A stretch of 64,000 bases of DNA, from assembly GCF_009914755.1 (NCBI RefSeq), contig NC_060928.1; one strand, written 5' to 3'. Both the position numbers and the translations under genes were made by a program. The DNA comes from the human T2T-CHM13v2.0 reference genome, Homo sapiens. The notes beneath the pieces were generated by a model. The model was not told the origin of the DNA and searched no databases. It worked only from the letters and a program-made list of their open reading frames with translations. Shown here in pieces: positions 11,701-26,700 of this stretch (within the stretch, counting starts at the first letter, position 1; each line of letters starts with the position of its first letter).

Positions 11701-14700
11701 CAACTAACAGAGTTGAACTTTTGTTTTTACAGAGCCGTTTTAAAACACTCTTTTTGTGGAATCAGAAAGTGGATATTCGGATGGCTCTGAGGATTTCGTT
11801 GGAAGCGGGATTACATATAAAATCTAGAGAGAAGCATTCTCAGGAACTTCTTTGTGATGTTTGCATTGAAGTCACAGAATTGAACATTCACTTTGATAGA
11901 GCAGGTTTGAAACACTCATTCTGTAGTATCTGGAAGTGGACATTTCAAGCGCTTTCAGGCCTATGGTGAGAAAGGAAATATCTTCGAATAAAAACTAGAC
12001 AGAAGCATCCTCAGAAACTTATTTGTGATGTGTGTCCTCAACTAACAGAGTTGAAACTTTGTTTTGATACAGCATTTTGGAAACACTCTTTTTGTAGAAT
12101 CTGCAGGTGGATATTTGGATAGCTTAGAGGGATTCGTTGGAAAGGGGATATCTTCATATAAAATCTAGACAGAAGCATTCTCAGAAACTTATTTGTGATG
12201 TGTGTCCTCAACTAACAGAGTTGAACCTTGGTTTTGATACAGCATTTTGGAAACACTCCTTTTGTAGAATCTGCAGGTGGATATGTGGATAGCTTTGAAG
12301 ATTTCGTTGGAAACGGGAATTTCTTCATATAAAATCAAACAGAAGCATTCTCAGAAACTTCTCAGTGATGTTTGCATTCAGCTCATGGAGTTGAACACTT
12401 CCTTTCATAGAGCCGGTTTGAAACACTCTTTCTGCACTACCTGGAAGAGGACATTTCGAGCGCTTTGAGTCCTATGGTGAAAAAGGAAATATCTTCTCAT
12501 AGAAACCAGAAAGAAGCATTCTCAGAAACTTCTTTGTGTTGTGTGTACTCATGTAACAGTGTTGAACCATCCTTTTGACAGAGCAGTTTTGAAACACTCT
12601 TTTTGTAGAATCTGCAAGTGGATATTTGGATAGCTTTGAGGATTTCGTTGGAAAAGGGATGACATATAGTATCTAGAGAGAAGCATTCTCAGGAACTTCT
12701 TTGTGATGTTTGCATTCAAGTCACAGAATTGAACATTCCCTTTCATAGAGCAGGTTTGAAACACTCTTTCTCTAGTATCTGGAAGTGGGCATTTCAAGCG
12801 CTTTCAGGCCTATGGAGAGAAAGGAAATACCTTCAAATAAAAACTAGACAGAAGCATTCTCAGAAACTTATTTGTGATGTGTGTCCTCAACTAACAGAGT
12901 TGAACCTTTGTTTTGATACAGCATTTTGGAAACACTCCTTTTGTAGAATCTGCAGGTGGATATTTGGATAGCTTTGAAGATTTCGTTGGAAACCGGAATA
13001 TCTTCATATAAAATCAAGACAGAAGCATTCTCGGAAACATCTCTGTGATGTTTGCATTCAACTCAGTAGAGTTGAACACTTCCTTTCATAGAGCAGGTTT
13101 GAAACACTCTTTCTGCACTACCTGGAAGCGGACATTTCGAGCGCTTTGAGGCCTATGGTGAAAAAGGAAATATCTTCTCATAAAAACCAGAAAGAAGCAT
13201 TCTCAGAAACTTCTTTGTGTTGTGTGTACTCAAGTAACAGTGTTGAACCTTCCTTTTGACACAGCAGTTTTGAAACACTCTTTTGGTAGAATCTGCAAGT
13301 GGATATTTGGATAGCTTTGAGGATTTCGTTGGAAACGGGTTATCTTCATATAAAATGCAGACAGGAGCATTCTCAGAAACTTCTTTGTGCTGTATGTCCT
13401 CAATGCACAGAGCTGAACCTTTGTTTGGATACAGCATTTTGGAAACATTCCTTTAGTAGAATCTGCAAGTTGATATTTAGATAGCTTTGAAGATTTCGTT
13501 GGAAACGGGAATATCTTCATAGAAAATCTAGACGGAAGCATTCTCAGAAACTGCTTTGTGATGTTTGCATTCAAGTCACAGAGTTGAATATTCCCTTTTA
13601 TAGAGTAGGTTTGAAACACTCTTTCGGCACTACCTGGAAGTGGATATTTCGAGCTCTTTGAGGCCTATGGTTAAAAGGAAATATCTTCCCATAAAAACTA
13701 GACAGAAGCCGTCTCAGAAACTTGTTTGTGATGTGTGTATTCAACTAACAGAGTTGAACATTTCTGTTACAGAGCAATTTTAAAACACTCTTTTTGTGGA
13801 ATCTGAAAGTGGATAATTGGATAGCTTTGTGGATTTCGTTGGAAACGGGATGACGTATAAAATCTAGAGAGAAGCATTCTCAGGAACTTCTTTCTGATGT
13901 TTGCATTCAAGTCACAGTTGAACATTCCTTTTCATAGTGCAGGTTTGAAACACTCTTTCTGTAGTATCTGGAAGTGGACATTTCAAGCGCTTTCAGGCCT
14001 ACGGGGAGAAAGGAAATATCTTCAAATAAAAACTAGACAGAAGGATTCTCAGAAACTTATTTGTGATGTGTGTCCTAAACGAACACAGTTGAACCTTTGT
14101 TTTGATACAGCATTTTGGAAACACTCCTTTTGTAGGATCTGCAGGTGGATATTTGGATAGATTTTAAGATTTCGTTGGAAACGGGAGTTTCTTCATAGAA
14201 ACTCAAGACAGATGCATTCTCAGAAACATCTCTGTGATGTTTGCACTCCACTCATAGAGTTGAAAACTTCCTTTCATAGAGCAGGTTTGAAACACTCTTT
14301 TTGTAATATTTGGAAGTGGACATTTGCAGCGCTTTGAGGCCTATGGTGAAAAAGGAAATATCTTCTCATAAAAACCAGAAACAAGCATTCTCAGAAACTT
14401 CTTTTTGATGTGTGTACTCAAGTAACAGAGTTGAACCTTCCTTTTGACACAGCAGTTTTGAAACAATCTTTTTGTAGAATCTGCAAGTGGATATTTGGAT
14501 AGCTTTGAGGATTTCGTTGGAAACGGGATATCTTCATATAAAATCTAGACAGAAGCATTCTCAGAAACTTCTTTGTGCTGTATGTCCTCAATTAACAGAG
14601 TTGAACCATTGCTTGGATACAGCATTTTGGAAACATTCCTTGAGTAGAATCTGCAAGTTGATATTTAGATAGATTTGAAGATTTCGTTGGAAAAGGGAAT

Positions 14701-17700
14701 ATCTCCATATAAAATCTAGAGGGAAGCATTCTCAGAAACTGCTTTGTGATGTTTCCATTCAAGTCACAGAGTTGAATATTCCCTTTTATAGAGCACGTTT
14801 GAAACACTCTTTCTGCACTATCTGGAAGTGGACATTTCGAGCGCTTTGAGGCCTATGGTGAAAAAGGAAATATCTTCCCATAAAAACTAGACAGAAGCAT
14901 TCTCAGAAACTTGTTTGTGATGTGTGTATTCAACTAACAGAGTTGAACTTTTGTTTTTACAGAGCCGTTTTAAAACACTCTTTTTGTGGAATCAGAAAGT
15001 GGATATTCGGATGGCTCTGAGGATTTCGTTGGAAGCGGGATTACATATAAAATCTAGAGAGAAGCATTCTCAGGAACTTCTTTGTGATGTTTGCATTGAA
15101 GTCACAGAATTGAACATTCACTTTGATAGAGCAGGTTTGAAACACTCATTCTGTAGTATCTGGAAGTGGACATTTCAAGCGCTTTCAGGCCTATGGTGAG
15201 AAAGGAAATATCTTCGAATAAAAACTAGACAGAAGCATCCTCAGAAACTTATTTGTGATGTGTGTCCTCAACTAACAGAGTTGAAACTTTGTTTTGATAC
15301 AGCATTTTGGAAACACTCTTTTTGTAGAATCTGCAGGTGGATATTTGGATAGCTTAGAGGGATTCGTTGGAAAGGGGATATCTTCATATAAAATCTAGAC
15401 AGAAGCATTCTCAGAAACTTATTTGTGATGTGTGTCCTCAACTAACAGAGTTGAACCTTGGTTTCGATACAGCATTTTGGAAACACTCCTTTTGTAGAAT
15501 CTGCAGGTGGATATGTGGATAGCTTTGAAGATTTCGTTGGAAACGGGAATTTCTTCATATAAAATCAAACAGAAGCATTCTCAGAAACTTCTCAGTGATG
15601 TTTGCATTCAGCTCATGGAGTTGAACACTTCCTTTCATAGAGCCGGTTTGAAACACTCTTTCTGCACTACCTGGAAGAGGACATTTCGAGCGCTTTGAGT
15701 CCTATGGTGAAAAAGGAAATATCTTCTCATAGAAACCAGAAAGAAGCATTCTCAGAAACTTCTTTGTGTTGTGTGTACTCATGTAACAGTGTTGAACCAT
15801 CCTTTTGACAGAGCAGTTTTGAAACACTCTTTTTGTAGAATCTGCAAGTGGATATTTGGATAGCTTTGAGGATTTCGTTGGAAACGGGATGACATATAGT
15901 ATCTAGAGAGAAGCATTCTCAGGAACTTCTTTGTGATGTTTGCATTCAAGTCACAGAATTGAACATTCCCTTTCATAGAGCAGGTTTGAAACACTCTTTC
16001 TCTAGTATCTGGAAGTGGGCATTTCAAGCGCTTTCAGGCCTATGGAGAGAAAGGAAATACCTTCAAATAAAAACTAGACAGAAGCATTCTCAGAAACTTA
16101 TTTGTGATGTGTGTCCTCAACTAACAGAGTTGAACCTTTGTTTTGATACAGCATTTTGGAAACACTCCTTTTGTAGAATCTGCAGGTGGATATTTGGATA
16201 GCTTTGAAGATTTCGTTGGAAACCGGAATATCTTCATATAAAATCAAGACAGAAGCATTCTCGGAAACATCTCTGTGATGTTTGCATTCAACTCAGTAGA
16301 GTTGAACACTTCCTTTCATAGAGCAGGTTTGAAACACTCTTTCTGCACTACCTGGAAGCGGACATTTCGAGCGCTTTGAGGCCTATGGTGAAAAAGGAAA
16401 TATCTTCTCATAAAAACCAGAAAGAAGCATTCTCAGAAACTTCTTTGTGTTGTGTGTACTCAAGTAACAGTGTTGAACCTTCCTTTTGACAGAGCAGTTT
16501 TGAAACACTCTTTTGGTAGAATCTGCAAGTGGATATTTGGATAGCTTTGAGGATTTCGTTGGAAACGGGTTATCTTCATATAAAATCCAGACAGGAGCAT
16601 TCTCAGAAACTTCTTTGTGCTGTATGTCCTCAATTCACAGAGCTGAACCTTTGTTTGGATACAGCATTTTGGAAACATTCCTTTAGTGGAATCTGCAAGT
16701 TGATATTTAGATAGCTTTGAAGATTTCGTTGGAAACGGGAATATCTTCATAGAAAATCTAGACGGAAGCATTCTCAGAAACTGCTTTGTGATGTTTGCAT
16801 TCAAGTCACAGAGTTGAATATTCCCTTTTATAGAGTAGGTTTGAAACACTCTTTCGGCACTACCTGGAAGTGGATATTTCGAGCTCTTTGAGGCCTATGG
16901 TTAAAAGGAAATATCTTCCCATAAAAACTAGACAGAAGCTGTCTCAGAAACTTGTTTGTGATGTGTGTATTCAACTAACAGAGTTGAACATTTCTGTTAC
17001 AGAGCAATTTTAAAACACTCTTTTTGTGGAATCTGAAAGTGGATAATTGGATAGCTTTGTGGATTTCGTTGGAAACGGGATGACGTATAAAATCTAGAGA
17101 GAAGCATTCTCAGGAACTTCTTTCTGATGTTTGCATTCAAGTCACAGAATTGAACATTCCTTTTCATAGTGCAGGTTTGAAACACTCTTTCTGTAGTATC
17201 TGGAAGTGGACATTTCAAGCGCTTTCAGGCCTACGGGGAGAAAGGAAATATCTTCAAATAAAAACTAGACAGAAGGATTCTCAGAAACTTATTTGTGATG
17301 TGTGCCCTAAACGAACACAGTTGAACCTTTGTTTTGATACAGCATTTTGGAAACACTCCTTTTGTAGGATCTGCAGGTGGATATTTGGATAGATTTTAAG
17401 ATTTCGTTGGAAACGGGAGTTTCTTCATAGAAACTCAAGACAGATGCATTCTCAGAAACATCTCTGTGATGTTTGCACTCCACTCATAGAGTTGAAAACT
17501 TCCTTTCATAGAGCAGGTTTGAAACACTCTTTTTGTAATATTTGGAAGTGGACATTTGCAGCGCTTTGAGGCCTATGGTGAAAAAGGAAATATCTTCTCA
17601 TAAAAACCAGAAACAAGCATTCTCAGAAACTTCTTTTTGATGTTTGTACTCAAGTAACAGAGTTGAACCTTCCTTTTGACACAGCAGTTTTGAAACAATC

Positions 17701-20700
17701 TTTTTGTAGAATCTGCAAGTGGATATTTGGATAGCTTTGAGGATTTCGTTGGAAACGGGATATCTTCATATAAAATCTAGACAGAAGCATTCTCAGAAAC
17801 TTCTTTGTGCTGTATGTCCTCAATTAACAGAGTTGAACCATTGCTTGGATACAGCATTTTGGAAACATTCCTTGAGTAGAATCTGCAAGTTGATATTTAG
17901 ATAGATTTGAAGATTTCGTTGGAAAAGGGAATATCTCCATATAAAATCTAGAGGGAAGCATTCTCAGAAACTGCTTTGTGATGTTTCCATTCAAGTCACA
18001 GAGTTGAATATTCCCTTTTATAGAGCACGTTTGAAACACTCTTTCTGCACTATCTGGAAGTGGACATTTCGAGCGCTTTGAGGCCTATGGTGAAAAAGGA
18101 AATATCTTCCCATAAAAACTAGACAGAAGCATTCTCAGAAACTTGTTTGTGATGTGTGTATTCAACTAACAGAGTTGAACTTTTGTTTTTACAGAGCCGT
18201 TTTAAAACACTCTTTTTGTGGAATCAGAAAGTGGATATTCGGATGGCTCTGAGGATTTCGTTGGAAGCGGGATTACATATAAAATCTAGAGAGAAGCATT
18301 CTCAGGAACTTCTTTGTGATGTTTGCATTGAAGTCACAGAATTGAACATTCACTTTGATAGAGCAGGTTTGAAACACTCATTCTGTAGTATCTGGAAGTG
18401 GACATTTCAAGCGCTTTCAGGCCTATGGTGAGAAAGGAAATATCTTCGAATAAAAACTAGACAGAAGCATCCTCAGAAACTTATTTGTGATGTGTGTCCT
18501 CAACTAACAGAGTTGAAACTTTGTTTTGATACAGCATTTTGGAAACACTCTTTTTGTAGAATCTGCAGGTGGATATTTGGATAGCTTAGAGGGATTCGTT
18601 GGAAAGGGGATATCTTCATATAAAATCTAGACAGAAGCATTCTCAGAAACTTATTTGTGATGTGTGTCCTCAACTAACAGAGTTGAACCTTGGTTTCGAT
18701 ACAGCATTTTGGAAACACTCCTTTTGTAGAATCTGCAGGTGGATATGTGGATAGCTTTGAAGATTTCGTTGGAAACGGGAATTTCTTCATATAAAATCAA
18801 ACAGAAGCATTCTCAGAAACTTCTCAGTGATGTTTGCATTCAGCTCATGGAGTTGAACACTTCCTTTCATAGAGCCGGTTTGAAACACTCTTTCTGCACT
18901 ACCTGGAAGAGGACATTTCGAGCGCTTTGAGTCCTATGGTGAAAAAGGAAATATCTTCTCATAGAAACCAGAAAGAAGCATTCTCAGAAACTTCTTTGTG
19001 TTGTGTGTACTCATGTAACAGTGTTGAACCATCCTTTTGACAGAGCAGTTTTGAAACACTCTTTTTGTAGAATCTGCAAGTGGATATTTGGATAGCTTTG
19101 AGGATTTCGTTGGAAACGGGATGACATATAGTATCTAGAGAGAAGCATTCTCAGGAACTTCTTTGTGATGTTTGCATTCAAGTCACAGAATTGAACATTC
19201 CCTTTCATAGAGCAGGTTTGAAACACTCTTTCTCTAGTATCTGGAAGTGGGCATTTCAAGCGCTTTCAGGCCTATGGAGAGAAAGGAAATACCTTCAAAT
19301 AAAAACTAGACAGAAGCATTCTCAGAAACTTATTTGTGATGTGTGTCCTCAACTAACAGAGTTGAACCTTTGTTTTGATACAGCATTTTGGAAACACTCC
19401 TTTTGTAGAATCTGCAGGTGGATATTTGGATAGCTTTGAAGATTTCGTTGGAAACCGGAATATCTTCATATAAAATCAAGACAGAAGCATTCTCGGAAAC
19501 ATCTCTGTGATGTTTGCATTCAACTCAGTAGAGTTGAACACTTCCTTTCATAGAGCAGGTTTGAAACACTCTTTCTGCACTACCTGGAAGCGGACATTTC
19601 GAGCGCTTTGAGGCCTATGGTGAAAAAGGAAATATCTTCTCATAAAAACCAGAAAGAAGCATTCTCAGAAACTTCTTTGTGTTGTGTGTACTCAAGTAAC
19701 AGTGTTGAACCTTCCTTTTGACAGAGCAGTTTTGAAACACTCTTTTGGTAGAATCTGCAAGTGGATATTTGGATAGCTTTGAGGATTTCGTTGGAAACGG
19801 GTTATCTTCATATAAAATCCAGACAGGAGCATTCTCAGAAACTTCTTTGTGCTGTATGTCCTCAATTCACAGAGCTGAACCTTTGTTTGGATACAGCATT
19901 TTGGAAACATTCCTTTAGTAGAATCTGCAAGTTGATATTTAGATAGCTTTGAAGATTTCGTTGGAAACGGGAATATCTTCATAGAAAATCTAGACGGAAG
20001 CATTCTCAGAAACTGCTTTGTGATGTTTGCATTCAAGTCACAGAGTTGAATATTCCCTTTTATAGAGTAGGTTTGAAACACTCTTTCGGCACTACCTGGA
20101 AGTGGATATTTCGAGCTCTTTGAGGCCTATGGTTAAAAGGAAATATCTTCCCATAAAAACTAGACAGAAGCCGTCTCAGAAACTTGTTTGTGATGTGTGT
20201 ATTCAACTAACAGAGTTGAACATTTCTGTTACAGAGCAATTTTAAAACACTCTTTTTGTGGAATCTGAAAGTGGATAATTGGATAGCTTTGTGGATTTCG
20301 TTGGAAACGGGATGACGTATAAAATCTAGAGAGAAGCATTCTCAGGAACTTCTTTCTGATGTTTGCATTCAAGTCACAGAATTGAACATTCCTTTTCATA
20401 GTGCAGGTTTGAAACACTCTTTCTGTAGTATCTGGAAGTGGACATTTCAAGCGCTTTCAGGCCTACGGGGAGAAAGGAAATATCTTCAAATAAAAACTAG
20501 ACAGAAGGATTCTCAGAAACTTATTTGTGATGTGTGTCCTAAACGAACACAGTTGAACCTTTGTTTTGATACAGCATTTTGGAAACACTCCTTTTGTAGG
20601 ATCTGCAGGTGGATATTTGGATAGATTTTAAGATTTCGTTGGAAACGGGAGTTTCTTCATAGAAACTCAAGACAGATGCATTCTCAGAAACATCTCTGTG

Positions 20701-23700
20701 ATGTTTGCATTCCACTCATAGTGTTGAAAACTTCCTTTCATAGAGCAGGTTTGAAACACTCTTTTTGTAATATTTGGAAGTGGACATTTGCAGCGCTTTG
20801 AGGCCTATGGTGAAAAAGGAAATATCTTCTCATAAAAACCAGAAACAAGCATTCTCAGAAACTTCTTTTTGATGTGTGTACTCAAGTAACAGAGTTGAAC
20901 CTTCCTTTTGACACAGCAGTTTTGAAACAATCTTTTTGTAGAATCTGCAAGTGGATATTTGGATAGCTTTGAGGATTTCGTTGGAAACGGGATATCTTCA
21001 TATAAAATCTAGACAGAAGCATTCTCAGAAACTTCTTTGTGCTGTATGTCCTCAATTAACAGAGTTGAACCATTGCTTGGATACAGCATTTTGGAAACAT
21101 TCCTTGAGTAGAATCTGCAAGTTGATATTTAGATAGATTTGAAGATTTCGTTGGAAAAGGGAATATCTCCATATAAAATCTAGAGGGAAGCATTCTCAGA
21201 AACTGCTTTGTGATGTTTCCATTCAAGTCACAGAGTTGAATATTCCCTTTTATAGAGCACGTTTGAAACACTCTTTCTGCACTATCTGGAAGTGGACATT
21301 TCGAGCGCTTTGAGGCCTATGGTGAAAAAGGAAATATCTTCCCATAAAAACTAGACAGAAGCATTCTCAGAAACTTGTTTGTGATGTGTGTATTCAACTA
21401 ACAGAGTTGAACTTTTGTTTTTACAGAGCCGTTTTAAAACACTCTTTTTGTGGAATCAGAAAGTGGATATTCGGATGGCTCTGAGGATTTCGTTGGAAGC
21501 GGGATTACATATAAAATCTAGAGAGAAGCATTCTCAGGAACTTCTTTGTGATGTTTGCATTGAAGTCACAGAATTGAACATTCACTTTGATAGAGCAGGT
21601 TTGAAACACTCATTCTGTAGTATCTGGAAGTGGACATTTCAAGCGCTTTCAGGCCTATGGTGAGAAAGGAAATATCTTCGAATAAAAACTAGACAGAAGC
21701 ATCCTCAGAAACTTATTTGTGATGTGTGTCCTCAACTAACAGAGTTGAAACTTTGTTTTGATACAGCATTTTGGAAACACTCTTTTTGTAGAATCTGCAG
21801 GTGGATATTTGGATAGCTTAGAGGGATTCGTTGGAAAGGGGATATCTTCATATAAAATCTAGACAGAAGCATTCTCAGAAACTTATTTGTGATGTGTGTC
21901 CTCAACTAACAGAGTTGAACCTTGGTTTTGATACAGCATTTTGGAAACACTCCTTTTGTAGAATCTGCAGGTGGATATGTGGATAGCTTTGAAGATTTCG
22001 TTGGAAACGGGAATTTCTTCATATAAAATCAAACAGAAGCATTCTCAGAAACTTCTCAGTGATGTTTGCATTCAGCTCATGGAGTTGAACACTTCCTTTC
22101 ATAGAGCCGGTTTGAAACACTCTTTCTGCACTACCTGGAAGAGGACATTTCGAGCGCTTTGAGTCCTATGGTGAAAAAGGAAATATCTTCTCATAGAAAC
22201 CAGAAAGAAGCATTCTCAGAAACTTCTTTGTGTTGTGTGTACTCATGTAACAGTGTTGAACCATCCTTTTGACAGAGCAGTTTTGAAACACTCTTTTTGT
22301 AGAATCTGCAAGTGGATATTTGGATAGCTTTGAGGATTTCGTTGGAAAAGGGATGACATATAGTATCTAGAGAGAAGCATTCTCAGGAACTTCTTTGTGA
22401 TGTTTGCATTCAAGTCACAGAATTGAACATTCCCTTTCATAGAGCAGGTTTGAAACACTCTTTCTCTAGTATCTGGAAGTGGGCATTTCAAGCGCTTTCA
22501 GGCCTATGGAGAGAAAGGAAATACCTTCAAATAAAAACTAGACAGAAGCATTCTCAGAAACTTATTTGTGATGTGTGTCCTCAACTAACAGAGTTGAACC
22601 TTTGTTTTGATACAGCATTTTGGAAACACTCCTTTTGTAGAATCTGCAGGTGGATATTTGGATAGCTTTGAAGATTTCGTTGGAAACCGGAATATCTTCA
22701 TATAAAATCAAGACAGAAGCATTCTCGGAAACATCTCTGTGATGTTTGCATTCAACTCAGTAGAGTTGAACACTTCCTTTCATAGAGCAGGTTTGAAACA
22801 CTCTTTCTGCACTACCTGGAAGCGGACATTTCGAGCGCTTTGAGGCCTATGGTGAAAAAGGAAATATCTTCTCATAAAAACCAGAAAGAAGCATTCTCAG
22901 AAACTTCTTTGTGTTGTGTGTACTCAAGTAACAGTGTTGAACCTTCCTTTTGACAGAGCAGTTTTGAAACACTCTTTTGGTAGAATCTGCAAGTGGATAT
23001 TTGGATAGCTTTGAGGATTTCGTTGGAAACGGGTTATCTTCATATAAGATCCAGACAGGAGCATTCTCAGAAACTTCTTTGTGCTGTATGTCCTCAATTC
23101 ACAGAGCTGAACCTTTGTTTGGATACAGCATTTTGGAAACATTCCTTTAGTAGAATCTGCAAGTTGATATTTAGATAGCTTTGAAGATTTCGTTGGAAAC
23201 GGGAATATCTTCATAGAAAATCTAGACGGAAGCATTCTCAGAAACTGCTTTGTGATGTTTGCATTCAAGTCACAGAGTTGAATATTCCCTTTTATAGAGT
23301 AGGTTTGAAACACTCTTTCGGCACTACCTGGAAGTGGATATTTCGAGCTCTTTGAGGCCTATGGTTAAAAGGAAATATCTTCCCATAAAAACTAGACAGA
23401 AGCCGTCTCAGAAACTTGTTTGTGATGTGTGTATTCAACTAACAGAGTTGAACATTTCTGTTACAGAGCAATTTTAAAACACTCTTTTTGTGGAATCTGA
23501 AAGTGGATAATTGGATAGCTTTGTGGATTTCGTTGGAAACGGGATGACGTATAAAATCTAGAGAGAAGCATTCTCAGGAACTTCTTTCTGATGTTTGCAT
23601 TCAAGTCACAGAATTGAACATTCCTTTTCATAGTGCAGGTTTGAAACACTCTTTCTGTAGTATCTGGAAGTGGACATTTCAAGCGCTTTCAGGCCTACGG

Positions 23701-26700
23701 GGAGAAAGGAAATATCTTCAAATAAAAACTAGACAGAAGGATTCTCAGAAACTTATTTGTGATGTGTGTCCTAAACGAACACAGTTGAACCTTTGTTTTG
23801 ATACAGCATTTTGGAAACACTCCTTTTGTAGGATCTGCAGGTGGATATTTGGATAGATTTTAAGATTTCGTTGGAAACGGGAGTTTCTTCATAGAAACTC
23901 AAGACAGATGCATTCTCAGAAACTTCTCTGTGATGTTTGCATTCCACTCATAGAGTTGAAAACTTCCTTTCATAGAGCAGGTTTGAAACACTCTTTTTGT
24001 AATATTTGGAAGTGTACATTTGCAGCGCTTGAGGCCTATGGTGAAAAAGGAAATATCTTCTCATAAAAACCAGAAACAAGCATTCTCAGAAACTTCTTTT
24101 TGATGTGTGTACTCAAGTAACAGAGTTGAACCTTCCTTTTGACACAGCAGTTTTGAAACAATCTTTTTGTAGAATCTGCAAGTGGATATTTGGATAGCTT
24201 TGAGGATTTCGTTGGAAACGGGATATCTTCATATAAAATCTAGACAGAAGCATTCTCAGAAACTTCTTTGTGCTGTATGTCCTCAATTAACAGAGTTGAA
24301 CCATTGCTTGGATACAGCATTTTGGAAACATTCCTTTAGTAGAATCTGCAAGTTGATATTTAGATAGATTTGAAGATTTCCTTGGAAACGGGAATATCTC
24401 CATAGAAAATCTAGACGGAAGCATTCTCAGAAACTGCTTTGTGATGTTTCCATTCAAGTCACAGAGTTGAATATTCCCTTTTATAGAGCACGTTTGAAAC
24501 ACTCTTTCTGCACTATCTGGAAGTGGACATTTCGAGCGCTTTGAGGCCTATGGTGAAAAAGGAATTATCTTCCCATAAAAACTAGACAGAAGCATTCTCA
24601 GAAACTTGTTTGTGATGTGTGTATTCAACTAACAGAGTTGAACTTTTGTTTTTACAGAGCCGTTTTAAAACACTCTTTTTGTGGAATCAGAAAGTGGATA
24701 TTCGGATGGCTCTGAGGATTTTGTTGGAAGCGGGATTACATATAAAATCTAGAGAGAAGCATTCTCAGGAACTTCTTTGTGATGTTTGCATTGAAGTCAC
24801 AGAATTGAACATTCACTTTGATAGAGCAGGTTTGAAACACTCATTCTGTAGTATCTGGAAGTGGACATTTCAAGCGCTTTCAGGCCTATGGTGAGAAAGG
24901 AAATATCTTCGAATAAAAACTAGACAGAAGCATCCTCAGAAACTTATTTGTGATGTGTGTCCTCAACTAACAGAGTTGAAACTTTGTTTTGATACAGCAT
25001 TTTGGAAACACTCTTTTTGTAGAATCTGCAGGTGGATATTTGGATAGCTTAGAGGGATTCGTTGGAAAGGGGATATCTTCATATAAAATCTAGACAGAAG
25101 CATTCTCAGAAACTTATTTGTGATGTGTGTCCTCAACTAACAGAGTTGAACCTTGGTTTTGATACAGCATTTTGGAAACACTCCTTTTGTAGAATCTGCA
25201 GGTGGATATGTGGATAGCTCTGAAGATTTCGTTGGAAACGGGAATTTCTTCATATAAAATCAAACAGAAGCATTCTCAGAAACTTCTCAGTGATGTTTGC
25301 ATTCAGCTCATGGAGTTGAACACTTCCTTTCATAGAGCCGGTTTGAAACGCTCTTTCTGCACTACCTGGAAGAGGACATTTCGAGCGCTTTGAGTCCTAT
25401 GGTGAAAAAGGAAATATCTTCTCATAGAAACCAGAAAGAAGCATTCTCAGAAACTTCTTTGTGTTGTGTGTACTCATGTAACAGTGTTGAACCATCCTTT
25501 TGACAGAGCAGTTTTGAAACACTCTTTTTGTAGAATCTGCAAGTGGATATTTGGATAGCTTTGAGGATTTCGTTGGAAACGGGATGACATATAGTATCTA
25601 GAGAGAAGCATTCTCAGGAACTTCTTTGTGATGTTTGCATTCAAGTCACAGAATTGAACATTCCCTTTCATAGAGCAGGTTTGAAACACTCTTTCTCTAG
25701 TATCTGGAAGTGGGCATTTCAAGCGCTTTCAGGCCTATGGAGAGAAAGGAAATACCTTCAAATAAAAACTAGACAGAAGCATTCTCAGAAACTTATTTGT
25801 GATGTGTGTCCTCAACTAACAGAGTTGAACCTTTGTTTTGATACAGCATTTTGGAAACACTCCTTTTGTAGAATCTGCAGGTGGATATTTGGATAGCTTT
25901 GAAGATTTCGTTGGAAACCGGAATATCATCATATAAAATCAAGACAGAAGCATTCTCGGAAACATCTCTGTGATGTTTGCATTCAACTCAGTAGAGTTGA
26001 ACACTTCCTTTCATAGAGCAGGTTTGAAACACTCTTTCTGCACTACCTGGAAGCGGACATTTCGAGCGCTTTGAGGCCTATGGTGAAAAAGGAAATATCT
26101 TCTCATAAAAACCAGAAAGAAGCATTCTCAGAAACTTCTTTGTGTTGTGTGTACTCAAGTAACAGTGTTGAACCTTCCTTTTGACAGAGCAGTTTTGAAA
26201 CACTCTTTTGGTAGAATCTGCAAGTGGATATTTGGATAGCTTTGAGGATTTCGTTGGAAACGGGTTATCTTCATATAAGATCCAGACAGGAGCATTCTCA
26301 GAAACTTCTTTGTGCTGTATGTCCTCAATTCACAGAGCTGAACCTTTGTTTGGATACAGCATTTTGGAAACATTCCTTTAGTAGAATCTGCAAGTTGATA
26401 TTTAGATAGCTTTGAAGATTTCGTTGGAAACGGGAATATCTTCATAGAAAATCTAGACGGAAGCATTCTCAGAAACTGCTTTGTGATGTTTGCATTCAAG
26501 TCACAGAGTTGAATATTCCCTTTTATAGAGTAGGTTTGAAACACTCTTTCGGCACTACCTGGAAGTGGATATTTCGAGCTCTTTGAGGCCTATGGTTAAA
26601 AGGAAATATCTTCCAATAAAAACTAGACAGAAGCCGTCTCAGAAACTTGTTTGTGATGTGTGTATTCAACTAACAGAGTTGAACATTTCTGTTACAGAGC

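Noticed and set aside
13897-14160. Unique longer ORFs at 13897 and at 46761-46988
   Set aside because: Created by a 2-bp deletion (after 13917) and a 1-bp deletion in an A run (~46836); the latter could also be a homopolymer consensus error.
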